Shown here piece after piece: positions 28,349 through 36,780 of a stretch of 64,000 nt of DNA. The translations under genes were made by a program, and so were the position numbers. Within the stretch, counting starts at the first letter, position 1. Every line of letters begins with the position of its first letter. Origin of the DNA: Promethearchaeota archaeon (GTDB taxonomy: Archaea > Asgardarchaeota > Lokiarchaeia > Sigyniarchaeales > SOKP01); the NCBI GenBank assembly GCA_019894975.1, contig JAGXNO010000002.1:129183-193182 (forward strand). The letters run 5' to 3'. Below the pieces are notes generated by a model. It worked only from the letters and a program-made list of their open reading frames with translations. It did no database searches and was not told the DNA's origin.

Positions 28349-29359
28349 TCAATTAATGTTCCAAACTTCAAGGCCTTTTGGATTGAAATGAAAATTGATA
28401 ATTTTTCCTCCAATTTTTTCTAATTCTTGAATAACTCTGTGCTTCTTATTAGGTTCCGAAAATAATAACAAATGTCCTCCACCTCCAGCACCTAATAGTT
28501 TCCCCCCAAGAACTCCAAACTTTCTTGAAGTTAAATAGAAATGTTCAATTTCCTTATTTGAAATTTTTGAGCTTAAACTCTTTTTTGCTAGCCACCCTTT
28601 ATGTAATAGTTCCCCAAATTCGTTTAACAAACCAAAGTCATTTGATTCAATAATAGTTCTCATTGAGAGTGCCACGTTTTTCAGATCTTGCATCGCTTCT
28701 AAATATGATTTCTTTTGTATTTCATACCCTCTTAAAACTTCGACTTGAATATCAGAAGAAAAATGTGATCCACCAATATAACATAAAATTAAACGATATT
28801 GTAATTCATTTACCAATTCCACAGTTGTACTTACAGGAAATACCTCTACAGAGTTAGTAAATTCAATAAAATTGAATCCGCCATAAGCAGCAGCAAATTG
28901 ATCCTGATAACCTCCTTTCTGTTCTAACTCGATTCTTTCGATATCATAAGCTTTTTGAGCAACTTGGTGTTTTGATAAACCAAAATTATAATAATTATTC
29001 AATGCACCGATTAAAGCAACCGATAATGAGGAGGAACCTCCCATACCTGAACCCGCAGGTAATTCTGAGTAAGTTGTAATATTAAATCCATCCTCAATTT
29101 CTAAATCATTAATGATTCCTTTGAATATTTCGAAATTAGAAGTATATTCAGTATCACCCTTCTTAAAAATCAGCTCATCATTATTATTTAATGAAAATAC
29201 ACGGTTTTTTTTATCGTCTCTGGGTTCTAATGTAACATAAACATGACGATCTATTGCTGTACTTATGACACAACCTCCATGTTCTCTACAGTAGGGGGCC
29301 ATATCGGTACCCCCTCCTCCAAAACTAACCCGGAAAGGGGCTTTTGAACGTATTATCAT
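28349..29359 (-). CDS. hddA: GHMP kinase, D-glycero-alpha-D-manno-heptose-7-phosphate kinase (HddA type)
   Basis: APFRVSFGGGGTD, PAGSGMGGSS, GGYQDQFAAAYGGFN, GGKLLGAGGGG; adjacent to gmhA. Confidence 0.82.
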   Translation of the reverse strand: MIIRSKAPFRVSFGGGGTDMAPYCREHGGCVISTAIDRHVYVTLEPRDDKKNRVFSLNNNDELIFKKGDTEYTSNFEIFKGIINDLEIEDGFNITTYSELPAGSGMGGSSSLSVALIGALNNYYNFGLSKHQVAQKAYDIERIELEQKGGYQDQFAAAYGGFNFIEFTNSVEVFPVSTTVELVNELQYRLILCYIGGSHFSSDIQVEVLRGYEIQKKSYLEAMQDLKNVALSMRTIIESNDFGLLNEFGELLHKGWLAKKSLSSKISNKEIEHFYLTSRKFGVLGGKLLGAGGGGHLLLFSEPNKKHRVIQELEKIGGKIINFHFNPKGLEVWNIN

Positions 29360-29588
29360 AAATAATGTAATCTTATATTAAATCTCGATATTAATTTGAT
29401 TTCATACTAAATCATTAAAAAATTTGATTGTTATTTAATCATCTATTTTTAAACGACTTACTATATTTCTTCTTTTAAACCTATTTAAAAATCCAATTAG
29501 GAATGATTAAGTTAAAAATTCAAATAAGGTTTATACATAAATAAGGTAGGTTTTAATAAAAATCAATCAAACTGAAGAAATATCTACT

Positions 29589-30695
29589 ATGGAGAAACTT
29601 AATATTATCCTTGTATCTTTAACTTTTGCTCCTGATACTCAAGATGGAGCAGCAAAATTCTTCACAGGAATCTATAATTACTTAAAAAATCGCGGTCATA
29701 ACGTAAAAGTTATAACAGGAAAATGGAATAGAGATCTTTCAGATCCTAATATTATTCAACTAAATATAATTCGGAAAAGGTTTTTGTGGTTCCCCCTATT
29801 TAATCTTTCTACGGTTAAATATCTAAGAAAACTAAAATTTGACATTATACATGGAAATAGTCCTAAAGGGGTATTACCAATTATCCTATCAAATCAAAAA
29901 CAGTTTATCTCTACGATTCATGATTTAGGACCATTTGAAACGAGTTTTACAAGGATCCCAATTGAAAAATATTTAATTAAACTCGCTGTGAGGAGATCAA
30001 CCTATATAACAACTTGTTCTAATTTTATAAGGAAAGAAATAAAACATTATATTCCTGAAGTAGACATAAAAAATATCTTTAATCTCTATTCTGCAATAGA
30101 AGATAAATATAAACCACTCCCTCTAGAAGCAAAAAAATTAAAACAAAAATTACATATCGAAGGGCCAATTATTTTATATATAGGGAGAATAACAAAGTAC
30201 AAAGGAGTTGAAAATATAATAGAAGCCTATAAGATTGCAAAGAAAGAAATTCCTAACCTCAATTTAGTTATGGGAGGTAAACCAGATTTTTATATGGAAA
30301 AAATCTACCAAGACTGGAAACAGAAATATAGGGATATTCATTTTGTAGGATTTATATCTGAAAAAGAAATCCCCATATATTATTCAATGGGAGATGTTTT
30401 TGTTACATACTCCTATGCATCAGAGGGCTTTGGTTTAACACCAATCGAAGCAATTGCATGTGGAACTCCTGTAATTTGCTCATCTATGATTGCCTATAAA
30501 GAAGTGTTACAAGATAATGCTATTTTTGTACCCCCTATGAATTCACAACAATTAGCTGCTGAAATGGTAAGCCTGATAAAAGATAATTCAAAAAGGGAAG
30601 CGCTCATAAACAAAGCTCAAAAATTTGTAAAAAGATATTCTTGGGATTCAGTAGGGAAAAAACTTGAAGAGTTGTATTATAAGTTTTTAAAATGA
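29589..30695 (+). CDS. Glycosyltransferase family 4 (GT-B)
   Basis: TIHD, YIGRITKYKG, EGFGLTPIEAIACGTPVI, YSW. Confidence 0.92.
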   Translation: MEKLNIILVSLTFAPDTQDGAAKFFTGIYNYLKNRGHNVKVITGKWNRDLSDPNIIQLNIIRKRFLWFPLFNLSTVKYLRKLKFDIIHGNSPKGVLPIILSNQKQFISTIHDLGPFETSFTRIPIEKYLIKLAVRRSTYITTCSNFIRKEIKHYIPEVDIKNIFNLYSAIEDKYKPLPLEAKKLKQKLHIEGPIILYIGRITKYKGVENIIEAYKIAKKEIPNLNLVMGGKPDFYMEKIYQDWKQKYRDIHFVGFISEKEIPIYYSMGDVFVTYSYASEGFGLTPIEAIACGTPVICSSMIAYKEVLQDNAIFVPPMNSQQLAAEMVSLIKDNSKREALINKAQKFVKRYSWDSVGKKLEELYYKFLK

Positions 30696-30730
30696 TAATT
30701 GTATGGTCTCTTACTAATTTAGAAGCTACA

Positions 30731-31837
30731 TTATTCTACTTTATTTAATCTATTCTTGACAAAATTAAAACAAATATCAATTGGGTTTTCAAATTGGCGG
30801 ATCTTTTCTTTAAATGAGCTAAGTTTAAACCTTTCTGGTAGAGGGCCTTGTGTTAATATTGCAATTGCTCTTTCAATTATTTCTTCAGTGTTTCTAATAT
30901 GTTCTATTGGAAATCCGTTCTTAATTAAAAAAATTTCCTGAGGTGCGGATTCACCTGGAAAAAATTCTATGCTTGGAACATTCATTAGGCTTGATTCCCT
31001 TACAATTGTTCCACCACCACTAATAATTAAAGCGCCATAGAAGCATAAGTCAACAATATTAGGTAAATATTGAGTTATTATGATATTCTTATTTTGCTTA
31101 AATCCTTCTAATCTTTTTAATAGGAAATCTTCTTGTTTCTTTGATCGTACTAAGAGAAGGTATTTATGGTTTGGAAATTCTTTATAAATTGACGGGAGAA
31201 ATTCGCTTATCAATGTTTCATCAGGTTTTAACTTGTCAATGAAATAGCTAGCATAAGCAGGCTCACTTCTTATTAAAACAAATTTACCTTTTTCCAGACC
31301 ATAATTATCAAGAATCCTTGGGTCAGGATCATATTCTGAAAGCCACGCAATTTCATCTAAACCATTATAACGAATAATCTTATTCGGATCAGCATAGAGT
31401 CTAATATAGTCTTCTATAGGTATACATTCAGGAGTTATAATATTATCAAGGAAGGGATGAAGTAATTTGCAGACTGGCTCATTTCGTGGTTCATCATTCA
31501 TCCCAATAGAGGGGATTTGTAAACCATAGGCTATTCTTGTACCTTCTATGGATAAAAAGGTAACAAAATAGTCAGGTGAAAATGTTTTGATTAGAGGAAA
31601 AAGATCTTTTAATCGATTGATATATGTTTCCAATTTATCTTCTAATTTTTCTCCGCCATGTTTTCCAATCCTCCTATAATGAGTACCAAAATCATCCAAA
31701 ATTTGATATGTTGAATCATAATCTCTTGCGGTTACCAATAGTTCTACTCCTTCATCTTCAAATCTCTTGATTAAGGAATGGAACATTATAGCTGTTTTCG
31801 GTTGTTCAATATCGATCCATATTTTCTTTTGGTTCAT
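30731..31837 (-). CDS. DUF354 family GT-B fold protein
   Basis: IWIDI..PK, VTARDY, IGKHGG, YNGLDEIAWL, SGGGTIVRESSLMNVPSI. Confidence 0.8.
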   Translation of the reverse strand: MNQKKIWIDIEQPKTAIMFHSLIKRFEDEGVELLVTARDYDSTYQILDDFGTHYRRIGKHGGEKLEDKLETYINRLKDLFPLIKTFSPDYFVTFLSIEGTRIAYGLQIPSIGMNDEPRNEPVCKLLHPFLDNIITPECIPIEDYIRLYADPNKIIRYNGLDEIAWLSEYDPDPRILDNYGLEKGKFVLIRSEPAYASYFIDKLKPDETLISEFLPSIYKEFPNHKYLLLVRSKKQEDFLLKRLEGFKQNKNIIITQYLPNIVDLCFYGALIISGGGTIVRESSLMNVPSIEFFPGESAPQEIFLIKNGFPIEHIRNTEEIIERAIAILTQGPLPERFKLSSFKEKIRQFENPIDICFNFVKNRLNKVE

Positions 31838-31961
31838 ATTAAGCTCAGATGAAATTTAGAAATTATTTCATGAAAAATTGATTATTTTTGTAAACTTTTT
31901 ACGATTTAAAGGATTTTCTAAAATTCTTGTAATTTTAGAAATTAAGTTAGATTAAGTACTA

Positions 31962-32252
31962 TCACCAACAAATACATGGATTTGAATTACATTTAATACA
32001 CTTATATGGATATTTCTTTAATAATGCAGATTCAAGGTCTATTTCTAAAAGGTTTGCCAAGGATGTAGTCCATGCCACGATATCTGCTAATTCTTCTGAT
32101 GCCTTTTCCTTGTCAATTTCTTGTGTTTTTAATATATTTGCTAATTCCCCGATTTCTTCAATTAACCAAATGAATGTATTACTTCTCCCTCTTTTTTGAT
32201 CTTGCTTAAAATAAAGATCTCTAATTAGTTTCTGAAATTCTGAAATTTTCAT
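31962..32252 (-). CDS. MazG-like nucleotide pyrophosphohydrolase with C-terminal Cys cluster
   Basis: WLIEEIGELA, EELADIVAW..SLAN, KYP.KC.KC...PC.C. Confidence 0.88.
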   Translation of the reverse strand: MKISEFQKLIRDLYFKQDQKRGRSNTFIWLIEEIGELANILKTQEIDKEKASEELADIVAWTTSLANLLEIDLESALLKKYPYKCIKCNSNPCICW

Positions 32253-32298
32253 ATCATCTGAAGAAGAAAAGTTTATTGTAAATAATTACATGCGATGA

Positions 32299-32520
32299 TT
32301 AACCCCCGCCTGGGGTAAAAAGCCAGTTGAAAACGTTAAGATGCGCTAAAATCACTAGAAGTATTAAAGCAACAGCTAATATCATTGTGCTTATTGGTCC
32401 AACCTTAATACCTATTGAGCTATCTTCAAAGAATCTCATCAATCCTGCTCCCCCCATAGGCATAGGTGCATTTCCACTTCTTCTTTTCTTACGTTTAGAT
32501 TGTGTACGACTTGTTGACAT
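32299..32520 (-). CDS. Protein translocase subunit Sec61beta
   Basis: Basic N-terminus, AGLMRFFED, IKVGP followed by one C-terminal TM helix. Confidence 0.9.
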   Translation of the reverse strand: MSTSRTQSKRKKRRSGNAPMPMGGAGLMRFFEDSSIGIKVGPISTMILAVALILLVILAHLNVFNWLFTPGGG

Positions 32521-32670
32521 TATAAAAACAAATTTAATTTTTTCTTATAAGTGTATTAATAATAAGAAAAATTTAAAATTTTATATATAAGTTTTAAAAA
32601 AATATTATAATAAATTATTATAAAAGCTATTCATTATTTTTAGATAATTTCAAGAAGATGTCACAATATC

Positions 32671-34515
32671 ATGCTGAAAAGAACTAAAATTCTCATATCT
32701 GTTTTAGTCTGCTTAGTGTTCTTCATTAATCTCAGCTTTCTTCCAAATTTATCTGATACTGATTATGTATCAAATAACGATTTACAGAATCTAAACTATT
32801 CAACAAATGTAGAAGGAATCGATAATATCCTTGTTACCGATATTGATAGAATAGCAAATATAAGTGGATTTGGTATGGTAACCATTAAAGATTACATCTC
32901 AATAAAGAATTTGAATAATAATCCAATTACTTCAATGTTAGTTGCTATTCCACTTAATTATTCAGAAAATTTGATATATTATGAAGCGAAAGGAAGGGAT
33001 GGTAATTCATTATTAGCAGAGCGTTCCTATTTGATAATGAATGAGTTTGAAATGATTACGATTTATTTTGATTCACCTCTTTTACCACAACAAACAAAAA
33101 GGATAATATTCACACAGCAATTTACAGATTTATTGGTATATTATATAATTGGTGAACACCAGTTCATTAGATATAATGGATACGTTTACCCTACTCTGCC
33201 ATATAAATCTGAAAGAAGTATGAATGCCCAATTTAATGTACCAATAAGATCTGGAAATATTGATGGAGGATGGGGTTTTGAACAACCTGATCTATTATTT
33301 GTCAAGTACGACTTTCTATTTATCAAAGATGTAGTCGAAGGCTCCTTCATTGAACCATTTTTAGAAAACTTAAATGAAAATAAGATTATAACAATTTCCT
33401 TCTATCAAGATGATGTTGCTCCTTTAAAATTTGAGGAAATCAATAGAGAAATATCTATATCTCCATGGGGAGTAATAAAGGTCACTGATGAGTATACGAT
33501 AAAAAACTATGGTCCAATACCCAACCAATATATTTTTCTACATCTTCCCAAAACAGCTAGAAAAGTATATGTTTCTGATGCTATTGGAGAAATATTAGGA
33601 ATCAGAATTACTGGTAAAGCAGATAATAAAGAATTACGAATCAACTTATTAGAGAACCGAGTAAGATTATTATCTAATTCCTCATTTAGTTTTAAAGTTA
33701 GGTATTATTTACCTTTTGAGAATTACTTTTCAATAAACTGGTTACAAGAATCCATTGAAATTGATTTGTATACTACCTCTTTTGAATATTTTGGTAAAGA
33801 TTTAACAATCAAATTAGTTATTGATGGATGTTATAGTTTAGATTATATCACAATTAATCCAGAAGCAGTTAAAAAATCTCACGGAAGTATGTCTTTGATT
33901 TTTACAGCAGATTCCGTAAGTTCTGCAGAAACTAAAGCTATACAATTTACTTTTACTATCGATCTTTTCGATTTACTTTTAGAACCCCTCATCTATATGG
34001 TATTTATATCCTTGATAGCATCAATTTATGTATTTATAATAAAAACGAGAAAAAAGGAATATGGTAAAGAAATTCTAAAAAGAGAATTTATACCTATAAA
34101 CGAAATTAGAGAATTTTGTGCATTATACGAAGATAGAAATGCCTTAATCTTGGAATTAAGGCAAGCTGAAGAGAATGCAAAAAGGAGGAAAATTGCGAAG
34201 AAGAATTATAAAAATATTTTAGATAAAAATACAGCTAAAGCTGATGAAATCCAAAAAGAAATTGCCCCCTTTAAGAAAATATTAATGGAAACTAGTGAGA
34301 CTTTTGAAAATATCGTAAAACGATTAGATGTTCTTGAAGCTGAGAGAATTAGTGTTAAAGATAGTCTAAACCTTTTGGAATCTAGATATAAAACAGGGAG
34401 GTTACCTTCTAGGGCCGCCTATATGAAATTATCTGATGATTTCGTAAAGAGAAGAAAAAAAATAGATAGGACTATTGATAGATTTTTACAACAATTGAGA
34501 AGTTATCTTCTTTGA
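32671..34515 (+). CDS. Ribophorin I (OST1/RPN1)-like oligosaccharyltransferase subunit
   Basis: Signal/anchor, two beta-rich luminal repeats, REISISPWGVIKV.DEY.IKN.G matching the ribophorin I R.IEVSHWG motif, V.D.IG.I, LLEP before a single TM, cytosolic coiled-coil tail. Confidence 0.72.
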   Translation: MLKRTKILISVLVCLVFFINLSFLPNLSDTDYVSNNDLQNLNYSTNVEGIDNILVTDIDRIANISGFGMVTIKDYISIKNLNNNPITSMLVAIPLNYSENLIYYEAKGRDGNSLLAERSYLIMNEFEMITIYFDSPLLPQQTKRIIFTQQFTDLLVYYIIGEHQFIRYNGYVYPTLPYKSERSMNAQFNVPIRSGNIDGGWGFEQPDLLFVKYDFLFIKDVVEGSFIEPFLENLNENKIITISFYQDDVAPLKFEEINREISISPWGVIKVTDEYTIKNYGPIPNQYIFLHLPKTARKVYVSDAIGEILGIRITGKADNKELRINLLENRVRLLSNSSFSFKVRYYLPFENYFSINWLQESIEIDLYTTSFEYFGKDLTIKLVIDGCYSLDYITINPEAVKKSHGSMSLIFTADSVSSAETKAIQFTFTIDLFDLLLEPLIYMVFISLIASIYVFIIKTRKKEYGKEILKREFIPINEIREFCALYEDRNALILELRQAEENAKRRKIAKKNYKNILDKNTAKADEIQKEIAPFKKILMETSETFENIVKRLDVLEAERISVKDSLNLLESRYKTGRLPSRAAYMKLSDDFVKRRKKIDRTIDRFLQQLRSYLL

Positions 34516-34530
34516 ATAATAAATCTAAAA

Positions 34531-35169
34531 GTGTGTATAAAATTTATGAAACCTTGGTTGTTTGATATATTAGCATGCCCTATTGATAAATTTTTTCCAT
34601 TAAAATTATATATTTTTTCTTTTGAAACTAACTCTAACGATTTCAACACTTTTATTGAGATTTTAAAGAAGCGTGACCTTGAATTCATTAAAAAAGAAGC
34701 AATTATAGAAATAAATAAAGAAAATGGTCATTTTTTTATAAAAGATAATATAGTCATTGAAAAAACCGAACTAAAGGAATATCTTAACCTCATAATTTTA
34801 AGTATTAATGAATTAGACAATATTTACAACAAAAGTCATGATAAAGAAAGCAAACGTAGCTTTGATATTATATCTACCCAAATAAAACCTAAGATCCTAA
34901 ACTATAATGAAAACATTGATCCTAATAACCTCGATGAAATAATTCCTGAGTTGTTTTTCTTGAACAAAATCAAATTGGAAACTGAAATTGAATCAGGAAT
35001 ATTGTTTTGTAATAAATGTAAGCGTTGGTTTCCAATAATTGATACTATTCCTCAAATGTTACCTGATGAATTTAGAAATGAGAAAAAGGATGTTGAATTC
35101 CTTCAAACCAATAAAAATTTATTAAATGAAGAATTTTTGAATAAAGATTTAAAACCTTTTAAACTATAA
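34531..35169 (+). CDS. Trm112-family methyltransferase activator with long insertion (probable start ATG 34546)
   Basis: MKPWLFDILACPIDK ... IESGILFCNKCKRWFPIIDTIPQMLPDE. Confidence 0.8.
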   Translation: MCIKFMKPWLFDILACPIDKFFPLKLYIFSFETNSNDFNTFIEILKKRDLEFIKKEAIIEINKENGHFFIKDNIVIEKTELKEYLNLIILSINELDNIYNKSHDKESKRSFDIISTQIKPKILNYNENIDPNNLDEIIPELFFLNKIKLETEIESGILFCNKCKRWFPIIDTIPQMLPDEFRNEKKDVEFLQTNKNLLNEEFLNKDLKPFKL

Positions 35170-35188
35170 ATTAAAATAATAAAATCAC

Positions 35189-35320
35189 AGTCCGGTAGTG
35201 TAGAATAGTACATTAATAATGTATTATACTCAACGGTCAAGCATTTAGGGCTTTGAACCCTGAGACCACGGTTCGAAAATTTACGAGAATGCTCGTAGAT
35301 AGAAACTCCGTGCCGGACTA
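35189..35320 (+). tRNA. tRNA-Gln(UUG) with two non-canonical introns (D-loop about 35205-35232; T-loop 35278-35306); CCA not encoded
   Basis: Acceptor AGTCCGG/CCGGACT, D stem GTGT/GCAT, anticodon arm TAGGG-CTTTGAA-CCCTG (TTG at 35253-35255), T stem CACGG/CCGTG; both inserts form hairpins. Confidence 0.9.
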
Positions 35321-35328
35321 TTTTTTTT
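35321..35328 (+). terminator. Oligo-T terminator after the tRNA
   Basis: T8 immediately after the discriminator base. Confidence 0.6.
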
Positions 35329-35453
35329 AAAATTTTTTGTTAGATCGATTTTTGTTTTTTTGGATTCAAGATATACAGAATTCTAAAAAATGGGAGAAGA
35401 ATATATTTTAATAACCTAACCTATATTCTATACAAAACAATAAGACTAGACTG

Positions 35454-35636
35454 TTGGAACTCAGTATGCTTAAGTTGACTTGGCTAAGAAATAAAAGTGT
35501 AAAACATATTGTTATTATAATCATTTCTGTCGCAATGATATCAACAGTGATTCTTGCAATAGCGTTTGCTATATTGAATATAGAAATTACAATCAATGAC
35601 GGTGACGATGATGATGATGACTGTGATATCTTTTGA
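35454..35636 (+). CDS. Possible small single-TM protein with poly-Asp tract; frame continues past TGA to 35771
   Basis: Basic N-terminus, ~23-residue hydrophobic stretch, GDDDDDD; may be spurious. Confidence 0.3.
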   Translation: MELSMLKLTWLRNKSVKHIVIIIISVAMISTVILAIAFAILNIEITINDGDDDDDDCDIF

Positions 35637-35877
35637 AAGCGTATCTTTAGTATTAATCCATTCTCAGAAGAAAATGAAATCGACACGACACAGTTAAAAG
35701 AGTTGAAAAATGACCAATTTGCACTTATAAAATTAGAATCAAATCGGATGAGTCTTGTAAAAAAATGTTAGTTACAAGAGGACACCCCTGTGAGGGTATT
35801 TGATTTGTAAATTTTTCTTTTTGATCTATTAATGAAATTCTTCCATGAATGCCAGTTGATATTATTCTAATTGTATA

Positions 35878-36588
35878 TTAAAGATAAATTAAAAGTAGTT
35901 GATTTATTAGAAGATATAATGCTAAAAATACTAAAATAGCACCATTTAAAATTCTCAACTTAGTACGGTTTTTTATTCGAAAATCATTTATTTTGGATGA
36001 TTCTAGCCCTAATCGAATCAAAATTAAAATAATTATTATCGGAAATAGCATCCCGATAATATATACAAAGATAAATACATAAAGCAGGGGATTTGTATGA
36101 AGATTAGCTAAAAGTGATAAGTATATTCCACCAAAACAAGGAATTTTTATTAGAACAAAAATAATACCAACTAAAAAAGCATAAAATCCAGAATTTTTTT
36201 GAATAAATTTATAAAGTACTGCTTTTACTTTATCAGGAGTTTTAAAGATGGAACTTTGTTCTTTTTTACATTCTATAATTTGCCATAATCCTATAAAGAT
36301 TAAAATCCCCGCAAAAATAAAATTGAGAAAAATTAATTCTTCAATAAAGGGTAAAAGAACAATTGATACTAGAATATAAGCAAGAACCATTCCAGAAATT
36401 AGACCTATTGAAATTACAAGAAATTTATTTTTTTCTTCAGTTAAAACTACTGAAGTGCCAAAAACACTTAACATTAATAATATACATGGCGTAATTCCTA
36501 CTGCTAAACCTGAAAGAAACGTAATAACAATATTTACTTCTTCCATCTGAGTTTTCTGTTTAGTTTTTTTAAAAGATCTAATATACAC
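35878..36588 (-). CDS. CcdA/DsbD-like transmembrane thiol-redox protein (probable start ATG near 36546)
   Basis: ITPCIL and IPCFGGIY paired Pro-Cys motifs in a 6-TM protein. Confidence 0.75.
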   Translation of the reverse strand: MYIRSFKKTKQKTQMEEVNIVITFLSGLAVGITPCILLMLSVFGTSVVLTEEKNKFLVISIGLISGMVLAYILVSIVLLPFIEELIFLNFIFAGILIFIGLWQIIECKKEQSSIFKTPDKVKAVLYKFIQKNSGFYAFLVGIIFVLIKIPCFGGIYLSLLANLHTNPLLYVFIFVYIIGMLFPIIIILILIRLGLESSKINDFRIKNRTKLRILNGAILVFLALYLLINQLLLIYL

Positions 36589-36780
36589 TTCTTTAAGCTG
36601 GAAGTTTTAAAAAATTTATTATCACAATCTTGAAATTATGCAATATCATTATATAAATTTTCTCTGTCAAAATCAAAATAATAAAAATAAAAGAATTTAA
36701 CATACCATGTATTTATTTTTTCATCCTAAATATACGACTTAGGACAATTAAATTAAGCATCAGTAAGGCTATTAAAGATT

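Noticed and set aside
31959-31964. Sec readthrough at the Cys-rich MazG TGA stop
   Set aside because: TGA is followed immediately by TAG in frame
35598-35627. GAY trinucleotide run as CRISPR or contingency repeat
   Set aside because: Short, imperfect and in frame as poly-Asp; no repeat-spacer structure
35408-35686. 92-aa minus-strand ORF with poly-Ser
   Set aside because: Mirror of the GAT repeat in the plus-strand ORF; no better support
35831-35860. ATGA...TGA segment as a SECIS element
   Set aside because: The intervening helix pairs poorly by eye and lacks a clear apical AA loop
35321-35877. Integrated element at the tRNA 3' end
   Set aside because: No integrase and no duplicate of the tRNA 3' end was seen in the window
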